In this document: positions 1-12,331 of the stretch, one piece after another
How the letters are laid out: each line of letters starts with the position of its first letter
How positions within the stretch are numbered: position 1 is the stretch's first letter
Assembly (NCBI GenBank): GCA_038087875.1
Contig: CM075990.1
Coordinates: forward strand, 7,192,001-7,256,000
Source: Malacoraja senta
Taxonomy: Eukaryota
Reading direction: 5' to 3'
Length of the DNA stretch: 64,000 nucleotides
Program-made: the position numbers and the translations under genes
Notes under the pieces: model-generated
The model's database searches: none
The model's input: the letters and a program-made list of their open reading frames with translations, nothing else
Told to the model about the DNA's origin: nothing

Positions 1-479
1 CCACATCGCTCCAAACCTTTCCTATCCACTTGACAGCAAGTGCAACCAGATTCAAGAAGGACTTTTTCTCATTGTTATCAAAACCTTGAATAGCTCCTTC
101 AAGTGCTTGGGATGAATTCCCGATCTGTCTCATGGCAACCTTTCCATGTCATTTGGTCCCCACTTTCTCTGCAGCAGTAACACCATATTCTGCACACTGT
201 TTTGTTTCTCTTTTGCGCTATCTGATGTACTCGTATATCATATGCTTGGCCTGGATAGCGTGCAAAGCAAAGTGTTTCATTATATCTTGGTAGTCGTGGC
301 AAAAATTAACCACCCCACCTCTGCATCCCAAAATAAAACCCACCCAGTGCTGAAGACCTGTCTGGGCTCTCTCTGAAGCCAGGGAATTTTAGGTGCAAAT
401 CTGCAAATCTGCAATTACAATTTAGTTCCATTAAGAAGCAGGAATCCTGACGATATTGAAGAAATCCTATGTGCCTACC

Positions 480-1455
480 ATAGGATGTCATTAAGCTGGA
501 AAGAGTTCAGAGAAGATTCACAAGGATGTTGCCAGGACTTGAGGGGTTGAGATGCTATAGGGAAAGATTAGGCAAGATAGGACTTCATTCCTTGGAGCAT
601 AGGAGACTAAGGGGTGATCTTGTAGGAGTGTATAAAATCATGAGGGGGATTGACGGGGTGAATGCACAGGGTCTTTGACCCAGAGTAGGGGAATCAAAAG
701 TCCGAGGACATTGTCTTAAGGTGAGAGGGGAAAGAATTAATAGTAATCTGAGGGACTCACAGCGTGGTGGGTATATGAATGAGCTGCAAGACGAGATAGT
801 TGAGACGGATACAATAACAACATTTAATCGACACGAACAGGTACATGGACAGGAGAGATTTACAGTGATATGGGCAAATGGGTTGGGGTTGCCAACTCTC
901 TCACTCCCAAATAAGGGACAAAAGGTCAAAATAAGGGACAAATTCCCGACGGCAATTCGTTGACCGACTCGGCCGCGGGTGGGTGAACGATGAGTGGGCC
1001 CGGGTGCTGGACTGCACACAAAGCCCAGCAAGTGGGCCAGCTGAGGAGGTTTGGCCCGCGTGACGTTGCGTGCAAAGTCCCGCACCCCATCCAACTCATG
1101 AACTGATGATCGGCCATGAGAAGGAGGGGTGGTGGTGTCGGCGGTAAGCGAAGGTCCAACGGGTCCACGGGCGAGGCGCTGCTGCTGAACTCCATGGGCT
1201 GGACTACGTCGGGACGGGTGAGGCGGGGCCGGACGCGGCGCTCCAACCCGACAGTCCCCTCGACCCGAGTGGTAGCAGTCAAATATGGGACAAGGGTGGT
1301 CCCGTACTGGACAAACCAATTTAGCCCAAAAAACGGTAGTTCCCGGCTAATACGGGACAGTTGGCGATCCTACAAATGGGACCAGCAAATGGAGGCACCT
1401 TGGTCGGCATGGATGAGTTAGGCTGAGGGCCTGTTTCTGAGCTGTATGACTCCGT
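480..1455 (+). mobile_element. CR1/HER1-type LINE 3' fragment, interrupted by a hAT MITE
   Basis: Degenerate ORF2 C-terminal motifs (LERVQRRFTRMLPGL, LRGDLVGVYKIMRG) and the 3' tail ggcctgtttctgagctgtatgactc. Confidence 0.8.
883..1372. mobile_element. Non-autonomous hAT (Blackjack-like) element
   Basis: TIRs ttggggttgccaact / agttggcgatccta. Perfect 8-bp TSD caaatggg at 875-882 and 1373-1380. Confidence 0.8.
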
Positions 1456-2505
1456 TTATATTGCTTTATATTGTAATATCACCCCTTTAACGGGACTGAA
1501 GTCTATAATCAATCCTTTTTCTTGACTTAAATCAATAGTTGGGACGACAACAAAGGAAACCATAATGACCTTGAAATAACCTCAGAAGAAAGCGAATGGC
1601 ATGTAAAGTGAATTGGAATCTCACAAACAAATCTCCTGCGCCTTGAATTATTGACTTCTTTTGGGCCAGTGAGTGACAGGTAGGAGGAGGAGATAGATGT
1701 CCTTGAGATAAAGCAGACTGCTTGGAGATAGATACCAAAAAGAGCTTTTGTGAGTAGCTTCAGTCTATATGAATAACTCGTTTCTGTTTGTACCTAACTT
1801 CCTGTGGTCATGTAATATGATAAAAACATTTCATAAAGGTAAAGCATGTAAAAAAAAAAGTCCACAAAAATGTTATGGGGATTGAGCTTTGAACTTTGTA
1901 TTCTCCTGGGAAGCCCTTAGATTTTGTATCAGTTTTGTCATCAATGCTGTCAGCAATCTATGGTCATCTTGTTACACCAGTGCTCAAGGGCATTGACAAT
2001 TTCAGTGTCAATTTCATACTAATGTGGGTTCACATTGACAGGGCTCAGTGCGAAACTCACATTGAAAGAAGACAGAAGCCCTTTATAGAGTTTCAGGGTT
2101 GGTTAACTGAAGGCTGTTGTTATAGATTCCTGAATGGACCAAACACGATTCATAACTTGAGGTGACATGGCCAGACTACTTACATACGACCAGATTTTAG
2201 AATCTGCCTATCTCGGCCTCGATCAACCAACAAGTTTGATTTTGTTAGGCACAATAGGATACGGACTAAATGCAAGCAAATGGGTTTGGAGTAAATGGGC
2301 AAAATGTTCATTATGACATTGTGGGCCAAAGGGCCTGTTTTAGTGCTGGGGAACCTATTACCCCACATCATTTTGCAGATAAAATACTCTTGTGATGAAG
2401 CTGTCCATTCTGGAATGTTTCTGGAGGGATAAATATTGCACAGATCATTATTTGTCATCAACTGGTGTTGTGGGAAATGTCACGTTCATCTGCCTTATTT
2501 TAATA

Positions 2506-5211
2506 TCTATCTATCTATCTATCTATATACTTTTAAAACTCTCTGGCTGCCGTCCGTCTGTACGTCTGTACATCTGTACGTATGTACGTCTGTACGTCCA
2601 ACGTTCTGCTTGACTTGTCCCGCCTTTGATACCGCCCCGCGCCTGCGCGGCGCACGGAAACGCCGATATTTTTTTATCGTTTCTAAAGAGGTTACGTTTA
2701 TCTTTACGAATAGACGATCCTGATTAAATTTGGTCGTGTTTAGGTACGCTTTTTAAAATAAAATACCTCTCCCCCCCCCCCAAACCAAACATTTCAAAAT
2801 GTTTAAAAAAACAGCTCAGCCGTAGAATGTTAGTAAAGATTCCGTTGTGTGATGTCACAATGCACAATGTCACAGATGTCACAGATGTCCAATCGGAATG
2901 GATCCATTTACATATGCCTTTGCAGCGGCCCCAGCCCCGGCCCCTCCCCCCCAACCCCCACAGCATTGGGCATTGTGACATCACAAAACGGAACCTTCAT
3001 TTACATTCTATTGCTGAGAGCTGTTTGTTTAACATTTTGAAATGTCCCCATTCCCTATCACCCCCACACACGTGGCGACGCCCTGCGACACATGTGACAA
3101 ATCGAAATGAATCTGTTTACATATGCCTTTGCAGCAGCCCCAGCCCCAGCCCCTCCCCCCACCCCTGCAGCCTGTGTCACGTGTGTGGCAATAGAGAAAG
3201 AGGATTGGGGGTGATAGGGAATGGGTAACAGATGGACTGTCCCTACCCCTCCTACTTCAACTCTCCCTCCCCCACTCTTCCCCCTCTCTCCTCTCCCCCT
3301 CCCTCCCCGCCCACACCCTCTCTTTCCCCTCCACCACCCCTCTTCACCCCCATCTCCCCCCTACCCCCTTCCCCTCTCTCTTGCACCACTCCCCGCTACC
3401 CCTCTGCCCCTCACTCACCACTCTTCCCCTCTCCCCCCTCCCTCTCTCCCTCTCTTCCCCCTACTCCTCTCCCCTTCCCCTCATCCCCTCTCTCCACCTC
3501 TAACATCCCCTCCCCCCCTCCCCCCTTCCTGCCCTCCCCGCTCTCCTCCCACTCCCCACTCTCCTCCCCGTCCCTCTCCCCCCACCCTGCTCTCTTCTCC
3601 CTCACCAATCTCTCCCCTTTCCTCCTCCCCCTCTCTCCTCCCTCCCCTCCCTCCCCTCTTCTCTCCCCACCCCATCTCCCTCTCCCCCCTCCCCCTCTTC
3701 TCTCCCAACCCCGTCGCCACCCTCCACCCTCCCCCACACCTCTCTACCCTTCTCCTCGCCTTACCCACCCCTCTCTCCTCCCCCTCTCCATCCCCTTCTC
3801 CTCACCCCTCTCCCTCTCATCCCCCTCCTCCTCCCACCCCCATTACTCTCTCCCACATCCCCCTTCCCTCTCTCACCCCGTCCCCTTCCCCCTACCCCGC
3901 TATCCCTCTTCAACCACTCCCCCTACACCCCTCCCCCTCCCTCTCTCCCACTTCCACCACTCCCCCTACACCTCTCCATCTCCCTCCCCATTCTTCCACT
4001 TAACGCCCAAATCCATCCCCATCTCCCTCCACAACCCCCTCCCCCACCCCTCTCCCCCCTTCTCTCTCACTCCCCACTCTTCCACTCTCCCTCCCCCACC
4101 TCTATCCCTCCCCCCTCCTTCTCTCCCTCTCTTCCCCCTACTCCTCTCCCCTTCCCCTCATCCCCTCTCTCCACCTCTAACATCCCCTCTCCCCCCTTCC
4201 TGCCCTCCCCGCTCTCCTACCACTCTCCTCCCCCTCCCTCTCCCCCACCCTGCTCTCTTCTCCCTCACCAATTTCTCCCCTTTCCTCCTCCCCCTCTCCC
4301 CTCCCCCCCCTCTCCTCTTCTCTCCCCACCCCGTCTCCCTCTCCCCTCTTCTCTCCCCACCCCGTCTTCCTCTCCACCCCTCCCCCCGCCTGTGTTTGGG
4401 GGGTGGTTTGTGTGAGTGTGATGCCGCAGCCACCCCCCCCTCCCGCAAACGCGCGTTGGGAAAACAGCCCGCCAACAGTCTCTCTGTCTTTAAGACAGAA
4501 CTGCAGATGCTTGAAAATCAAAGGTACACAAAAAAATGCTTCATAACCTCAGCGGGTGCAGCAGCATCTATGTATCAAAAGAAATAGACAATGTTTCGTG
4601 AAAACCCGTCTGAGGATGGGTTTCCGCCAAAAGCATTGCCTATTTCCTTCACTCCATAGATGCTGCAGCACCCGCAGTGTTTCTCGAGTTTTATTGTGTG
4701 TACCAGTCTATCTGTCTCTCCCCTCTCTCTCTCTCTCTGCCCTTCTCTCTTCACAGCCCGCGACTCAACTCATGCACGCCTGCTCCAACCCACCCCCTTC
4801 ACCTCTCTCCCCCATCCTCTTCTTCCTCTCTCCACCCCTCTCCTCTCTCACCCTCCTCTCTCCCCACCTTCCTCACCCCCCTTCCTCTCAACCCTCCTCC
4901 TCCCCCACCTCACAATTTTTTTTCCTAACATTAAATTTTCTCTCTCTGCACCACCCCCCCCCTCGAGACGTACCTGAGAGGTGAGGGCTATTCGTCAGTG
5001 GATACGGTGGAGATGGAATAAAAGAAGAAAATTAAAATATTAATATAATATCAAGGGGTGTGATGAGTGTGTGTGTTTGTGGGTGCCAGATTCACACCCC
5101 GCAACCCTGCTTTGGAGGTACAGACCCAACGGGTGGTTAGTGTGACGTCACAGCCCCCCGCCCCAAACGCACGTTCGGTGTCCAGACCCAACGGGTCTGC
5201 ACTTGGTCTAG
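2506..5211 (+). mobile_element. Long non-autonomous Helitron with captured or expanded internal sequence
   Basis: 5' end TCTA...TATACTTTTAAAACTC after a host A. 3' hairpin CAGACCC-aac-GGGTCTG lies 8 nt before the terminal CTAG (5208-5211). The first ~250 bp are homologous to the downstream units. Confidence 0.75.
3240..4390. repeat. Pyrimidine-rich (C/T) low-complexity tract with internal duplication (~3425-3700 vs ~4105-4370)
   Basis: Nearly pure C/T on the + strand. The blocks ctctccctctcttccccctactcctctccccttcccctcatcccctctctccacctctaacatccc are duplicated. Confidence 0.9.
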
Positions 5212-7255
5212 TATACTTTTAAAACTCTCTGGCTGTCGTCCGTCTGTACGTCTGTACGTCTGTACGTCTGTACGTCTGTACGTCCGTACGCCGCCTTTGA
5301 TACCGCCCCTGGCCCACACAGCGCGCGGAAAGGCCCATATTTTTTACCATTTCCAAAGAGATGACATTTATCTTTACGAATAGCCACTCCTGATTAAATT
5401 CGGTCCTGTTTATGTAAACGTTTTTTAATAAAATCCTTCCCCCCCCCACCCCCATGTGATTTTATCCGATTGTCTCCGATTTTCTCCGAAAACGACGCCA
5501 TCTTTTTTTCGCCGATTTTCTCCGAAAACGACGCCATCTTTTTTCTCCGATTTTCTCCGATTTTTTCCGAAAACGCCGCCATCTTTTTTTCAGCAGATTT
5601 TCACCCCGGGGTCTGAAGCACGTTCGGGAACAACACCCCGGGGTGTCAAGCACTTTCGGGGACCAGACCCAACGGGTCTGCACTTGGTCTAGTATACTTT
5701 TAAAACTCTCTGGCTGTCGTCCGTCTGTACGTCTGTACGTCTGTACGTCTGTACGTCCGTACGCCGCCTTTGATACCGCCCCTGGCCCACACAGCGCGTG
5801 GAAAGGCCCATATTTTTTACCATTTCCAAAGAGATGACATTTATCTTTACGAATAGCCACTCCTGATTAAATTCGGTCCTGTTTATGTACACGTTTTTTT
5901 ATAAAATCCATCCCCCCCCCACCCCCATGTAATTTTCTCCGATTGTCTCCGATTTTCTCCGAAAACGACGCCATCTTTTTTTCTCCGATTTTCTCCGAAA
6001 ACGACGCCATCTTTTGTTCGCCGATTTTCTGCGATTTTTACCGAAAGCGACGCCATCTTTTTTTCAGCAGATTTTCACCCCGGGGTCTGAAGCACGTTCG
6101 GGAACAACACCCCGGGGTGTCAAGCACTTTCGGGGACCAGACCCAACGGTCTGCACTTGGTCTAGTCTATCTATATACTTTTAAAACTCTGTGGCTGTCG
6201 TCCGTCCGTGCGGCTGTACGTCCAACGTTCTGCTTGCCGTGTGGCCTTTGACACCGCCCCGCGCCCACACAGCGCATTGAAAGGCCCATATTTTTGACCA
6301 TTTCCAAAGAGATTACATTTATCTTTACAAAAAGCCACTCCTGATTAAATTCTGTCCTGTTTATGTACACGTTTTTTAATAAAATCCATCCCCCCCCAAC
6401 CCCAATGTGATTTTCTCCGATTGTCTCCGATTTTCTCCGAAAACGACGCCATCTTTTTCCCCCCGATTATTTCCAAAAACGACGCCATCTTTTTTTTGCA
6501 GATTTTCACCCAGGGGTCTGAAGCACGTTCGGGAACAACACCCCGGGGTGTCATCCATCCCCCCACCAACCCCAATTTGATTTTCTCTCATTTTCTCAAA
6601 AAACGACACCATCTTTTTTTCGCCGATTTACTCAGATTTTTCCCGAAAACGACGCCATCTTTTTTCCCCCGATTTTCACCCAGGGGTCTGAAGCACGTTC
6701 GGGAAAAACACCCAGGGGTGTCAAGCACTTTCGGGGACCAGACCCAACGGGTCTGCACTTGGTCTAGTATACTTTTAAAACTCTCTGGCTGTCGTCCGTC
6801 TGTCCGTCTGTACGTCTGTACGTCCGTAGTCCAACGTTCTGCTTGACCTGTGCCGCCTTTGATACCGCCCCTGCGCCACACAGCGCGCGGAAAGGCCCAT
6901 ATTTTTTACCATTTCCAAAGAGATGACATTTATCTTTACGAATAGCCACTCCTGATTAAATTCGGTCCTGTTTATGTACACGTTTTTTTAAATAAAATCC
7001 ATCCCCCCCCACCCCCATGTGATTTTCTCCGATTGTCTCCGATTTTCTCCGAAAATATCGCCATCTTTTTTTCGCCGATTTTCTCCGAAAACGACGACAT
7101 ATTTTTTTCGCCGATTTTCTCCGATTTTCTCCGAAAACGACGCCATCTTTATTTCGACGATTTTCACCCCGGGGTCTGAAGCACGTTCGGGAAAAACACC
7201 CCGGGGTGTCAAGCACTTTCGGGGACCAGACCCAACGGGTCTGCACTTGGTCTAG
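5212..7255 (+). mobile_element. Four head-to-tail non-autonomous Helitron units (5212-5692, 5693-6165, 6166-6767, 6768-7255)
   Basis: Each unit has a TATACTTTTAAAACTC head and ends in the CAGACCCAAC(G)GGTCTG hairpin plus CACTTGGTCTAG. No TSDs. Internal short repeats (CGTCTGTA)n and (CCGATTTTCT)n. Confidence 0.85.
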
Positions 7256-7937
7256 TATACTTACAAAACTCTGNNNNNNNNNNNNNNNNNNNNNNNNNNN
7301 NNNNNNNNNNNNNNNNNNNNNNNNNNNNNNNNNNNNNNNNNNNNNNNNNNNNNNNNNNNNNNNNNNNNNNNNNNNNNNNNNNNNNNNNNNNNNNNNNNNN
7401 NNNNNNNNNNNNNNNNNNNNNNNNNNNNNNNNNNNNNNGCTTGAAAAAATGATGCTCTAACGGTAACATTTTTACATATTCCTGTAGTTTCATCCCGTGA
7501 AGTCAAAAATTGCCTTATCTGAAAAATTCATGCATTATTTCATAAATGCATTCATGCGTTATTAATCAAAATGTTCAAATATCTGAAGAAACACGGGAAA
7601 AAATACCTGCTAATTCCCTGTGCTTACAGCTATGACATCATAATGGGATTGTAGCTCTGCTTGCAACATTGTTGCTATCCAAGTACACTGAGTCCTGCTA
7701 GCCCAAGCAAGTGCAAAGGCATTTTTTTTAAAGTCAGAGTACACTGAGTCCTGCTAGCTAGCAAGTGCAATTGCATTTTTCTTTTAAAAATGAGGGAGGG
7801 TGCATAAGGTGAAATGAGCAGCCCCTGAGCAGTTGTCGGCTATGGGTGAGTGGTGGAATATTGCATTGGGGAACGGGTTGCATTGGGGGACGAGGCCTCC
7901 CGTGTGACAGGAACCCAACCGGTCCTATCTGGTCTAG
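7256..7937 (+). mobile_element. Divergent Helitron body closing the cluster (spans an N run)
   Basis: Starts TATACTTACAAAACTC. Ends with a degenerate hairpin ggaacccaaccggtcc plus ggtCTAG (7934-7937) followed by host T. Confidence 0.6.
7274..7438. other. N run; other N runs at 30862-31017, 39238-39641, 40456-40828 and 42614-43095
   Basis: Runs of n, all inside repeats. Confidence 0.99.
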
Positions 7938-9107
7938 TTTCTTATAAAAACCAGTGCCTCTGAGTGTGAAGCAGCCCCTCAGTGTTACGCTGAAGAATTG
8001 GTCTGTTACGTGGAAAGGCATGAAATGCTGGAGTCAGGCAGTATCCCTGGAGAACATGGATATGTGATGTTTTGGTTCAGGTCTGAAGAAGGGTCTCGAC
8101 CCAAAATGCTACCTATAGCATGTATGTTCCCCAGGGATGCTGACTGACCCACTGAATTACTCCAGCAGTTATGTTGCCTGATAGATGCAATATGCCTGAC
8201 CCGTTGGGTCCCTCCAGCACTTTGTGTTTTGCTGACTGTAAATGGATGCATGAGTGGGAGTTACTTTAAACACTCCATTTTCTCACAAGACGTGAATATA
8301 GATGGCAAAGCTGACATTTGACATTCATGTCTAATTGTCCTTGAAAGGATGATGGAGACTGCTTTCTTGAACACAACATTCTGCGTGGTAAAGCTAGGCC
8401 AACTGTGCTCTGAGATAGGGAATATCTCATTTCTAGGATCGCTGCCATCACATAGACTGCTGTTGTTTACTTCTCTTTGCAAGGGCATTCAAGAATGGGT
8501 AATAAATGCTAACCTTGGAAACTATGCCCACATCCTAGAACTGACAAGCATTGTCTGAAAATGGATGGCAAACTTCTTGATGTGAAATCCAGTGAAGCAG
8601 CTAATATTACAATGTTATATTTTTGGTGCCAACTGTTACATTTCTAGAATTTAACTGACTGGGATCTCATATCTTTAGATCTTTATGTGAAGTCGGTCTA
8701 GTAATACAGTTACATAATTTCAAGTTTTAATCGATTTTGCTGGAAGGAATTAGGCATGTTATTCCCCTCACTTAAAGGTGACTGCTGTGGTTCATTTCTA
8801 TCCGTGAAGAAAGGGCACGTTGAACAGTAAAAAAAAAGATTAGTCAAGAAGATTTTGTATGTTAATACCTGCACCACGAAAGGTAAAAAACATACTCAGG
8901 AGTTGAAGGTTTGAGTTAGGATAACTACGTATTGAAACTCACCAGCTGTTCATGGTATTAAATTGCATATATTTTATTCTTTTTGGATATCTTACAGAGA
9001 AGTTATGAGTCAACTTACACACTGAAGAAGTGAGAATTTTATCAAAAAATTTAACGAGCAGTTTCTTTAGACTGGGGTTTCCCACTCAGTCCGATCTTAT
9101 TAGCTTA

Positions 9108-10059
9108 AGGGCCTGTCCCACTTTCACGACCTAATTCACGACCTTTTTACTCGTGGACATTTTTCATCAGGCTAGAAAAATGCCCCGACCTATTTGCAAG
9201 AGCGGAACTCACTATCAAAATATGGAGGGGACGGGGGGCACAATTTTTTGGCGGCCACGCGCGCATGCGCACACTCACACACACGCGCGCGAGGCTTCGG
9301 AGGCTCAATCCAGCGCTAAATGCAGCTCAACTCTGCCTGTCTCACCGGGTTAACTACAGCCCTGTCTGGACTAACAGGACACCAGCGCTGCTTCTCCGCG
9401 CTGGCCATATTTCCCGCAAGTCCAGGAAGGCTGGGTTTAGCGATGTTTCTCTGCGCTGGCTGTGGGCCTGGGGGGCACCGCGCCGGTCTGACTCCCGACC
9501 AAAGATCCTATAGCAGAGGATCTTTGCTGCCGACCTCTCTGGCCACCCACGGGGGGGGGGAATGGGGCACTCGGGAGGGGACGGGACAGCGCCGGAGACC
9601 CGGCCGGGATCGATCCTGTCTGCGGATGAGGCGCAGGTCTATGCCACGTCTCCCTCCTCCAATCACCGCACTCTATCCTCAGTCCCATCTCCCCCCCACT
9701 CCTCCCTCCTCCAATCATCGTGCTGAATCATGTCCCGCCCCCATTGCCTGCTGACCGACGTCTCTCTCCTCCAATCGTCGCCCTCGATCACCTGATTTAA
9801 AATCCGGATTACAAAAACATGGGGGGGATGTCCCCCACCTCTCAAAACATGGAGGGGACGTGTCCCCTTTGGCCCCCGGGTTTTCTGCCCCTGCCTATTT
9901 GATGCCACGAGTACCTACGACTAGCATCATGGCCTACCTATGATCTACCTACGACCTCCTACGACCTCCTACGACCTTGTGACGGCCATGCTGCTATTAT
10001 AAGTCAAGGGCAAACTCGGCAGAGGTCGTGAATTAGGTTGTGAAAGTGGGACAGGCCCC
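9108..10059. mobile_element. PIF/Harbinger-type MITE family A, containing a nested hAT element
   Basis: TIRs agggcctgtcccactttcacgacctaattcacgacc / ggtcgtgaattaggttgtgaaagtgggacaggcccc. TSD TTA at 9105-9107 and 10060-10062. Confidence 0.85.
9197..9893. mobile_element. Non-autonomous hAT element nested in MITE A
   Basis: 8-bp TSD cctatttg at 9189-9196 and 9894-9901. Ends caagagcggaa / ttctgcccctg. The empty site is visible in the sister MITE at ~53693 (cgacctacttgatgcc). Confidence 0.8.
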
Positions 10060-10739
10060 TTACTGTAGTTTGCCAAATGTCATGTTTATTTTTGGAGTTG
10101 CAGCTTCTTACATGGAGAATATAACTCAAAAATATCAGAAATGTGAACAGGGTCAGCTTATTTAATGAGGCTGATACTGTGAAACTCACGTGGCAAGAAA
10201 ATTGAGGGGCATGACATTTTATGGAGAGTGTTCCTCATTTAATTGGTTGTCATCATTTTAATGATATTTTTAAGTTATGTTGCTCAATTTCATGATGTGC
10301 AAATTTCCTTTATAAACAGAAAGCTTTTGTGAAATGTTTGCACATGATGATAGTCCCTAATGAGAAGGGAGCAACTGGTAGATAATAATAAACAGTTTCA
10401 AAAGCACACAGAGAATGGCCATTCTATGCTACCCCACCATCCTTCATTCCTCCTTGTCTACATCAACATCTACCTCCACTTCTTTACAGTAGTCTATATC
10501 AAGCTCTCCTCGAACATCAGTTGTTCCTCTTCCTCTGCCCATATTATTGCTCCTTGTACTTTGTTTAAACAAAAGCTTTCCACCAAACCTCGGTACATGT
10601 GACAATAATAAACTAAATTGAAGCTACATTAGGGCTATCATGCATTGTCCATCTCGAATTATCCTTCAGAAGGAAGTACTGAACCTTCCTATTTGTGCAG
10701 CCATTGTGGTGAAGTCAACCTGATAGTGCTGTTGGAAAG

Positions 10740-10984
10740 ATAGATATAGAGTGCTGGAGTAACTAAATGAGTCAGGCAGCATCTCTGGAGAAAAAGGATG
10801 GGTGACATTCGGGATGGGACCCTTCTTCAGACTGAAGAACTTTGGACATCAAGTCTGAAGAAGGGCCAAGACCTGAAACATCACCCATCCTTTCTCTCCA
10901 GAGATGCTGCCCAACCTGCTGAGTTACACCAGCACTTTGTGTCTATCTTCGGTATGCACCAGCATCTGCAGTTCCTTCCTACAG
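10740..10984. mobile_element. Palindromic Penelope terminal-repeat (pLTR)-derived element
   Basis: Inverted arms gtgctggagtaact...cttcttcagact / agtctgaagaagg...gagttacaccagcac. ~14-bp TSD gtgctgttgg(a/g)aag at 10726-10739 and 10985-10998. Confidence 0.75.
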
Positions 10985-12331
10985 GTGCTGTTGGGAAGTG
11001 AGTTGCAGAATTCTGATCCACTGATGATGGAAATTTGGTGGTACATTTCGAAGTCAGCATGGGTGTGTTTTTTAGGATGGAGTTTGAAGCTCAACCGTAT
11101 CATCCATATGCATTTGATCAGCGAGTCAGCTAATCCCCGCCAACACCTGAATCTGTACCGGAAAAAATAATTTTCACTGTACCTCGGTGCACGTCGCAAT
11201 AAACCAAAACTATACTCAAAAACTCAGAAAATCAAACAAATTTCAGACAGTGGAAATCAGAAATAAAAACAGAAAAATGCTGAAAGCCTCAGCAGGCCAG
11301 GCAGCATCCGTAGAAACAGGAGCCATCAACTGTTTCTTTACTGCTTCTCCTTCCGCAGATCTGCTGAGTATTTACAGTATTTCACAGAGTCTTCATCTCA
11401 AGGCTAATCTCACCAATGTTCTCCCAGATATTCCCTCCAGCTTTAACATCCCAGCATTATCATTCCCAGGTCGCACAATAGTGTATTTATATTCTTCCCA
11501 CATTCAGTCTCTACCTTTCCTGCCTCAGCGCCCCATTGATTCTCTGTAGATTGACTTAAAAGCACTCTCAGGAAGTGCTCGTGAGACAGTCCCTTTACTC
11601 CAGGCCCTTTTCTCTGTAGATTGACTTAAAAGCACTCTCAGGAAGCAAGGAGCATTGCAAACTTTGAGCCAGCTCTTTTATTTAATACCATATGGCTGAT
11701 TCAGGGAGAAACTTTCCCTGCTTTTACATCATTTACCCTTATTCAAGACAACATAATGGACTTGAAAGCTCATCTACAATCTTTAGTGGTGGGGAATTCC
11801 ATATTTATACAGTAATTTATCAGTTTCCTGCACAATAAATGCTTTATGGGAAATGTATAGTTCATGAAATTTTGAAAATCGAGAAAATTGGGAAATATGT
11901 GTTGTTGACAGCCTGAAGCGGGGTCTCGACCCGAAATGTCCTCAATCCATGTTCTCCAGAGTAGCTGACAGAGATACTCCAGCACTTTGTATCCTTATGT
12001 ATTATTGACATTTGGTACAATATTTCAATGGACAGAGAGTGGTTCAGTATTACAGCAAAAAGTAGAATTGTAATGAAAGACAGAGTCCAAAAAATTACAT
12101 ACACTTGGACAACAATTGATAAATGGAATGTTTGTTTATGGGCAAACTTCCTTCATATGATTTCTGATTTCTCTCCTGAAGGCCTAATTTTATTTTTTTA
12201 AATGATCTTGTATTTTTCAATCTCTCCACCTTTCCAAATCCTCTTCACTTTTTAAAGGTCTGAAGAAGGGTCTCGCCCCAAAACATCACCTTTTTGTTTA
12301 CTCCAGAGATGCTGTCTGACCCACTGAGTTA

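Noticed and set aside
1530-1610. Possible internal first exon of a short ARHGAP22 isoform (ATG CCA TTC...)
   Set aside because: In-frame stop after six codons and no convincing donor site.
3221-4984. Long Pro/Ser/Leu-rich and Gly/Glu/Arg-rich ORFs
   Set aside because: Translations of a C/T low-complexity tract, open in several frames.
5212-7255. Ordinary satellite DNA or protein-coding repeat
   Set aside because: The hairpin+CTAG ends and TC heads identify Helitron units; the ORFs are short and inconsistent.
11540-11645. CRISPR-like 36-bp repeat with 34-bp spacer
   Set aside because: Only two repeats, vertebrate context, no cas genes.
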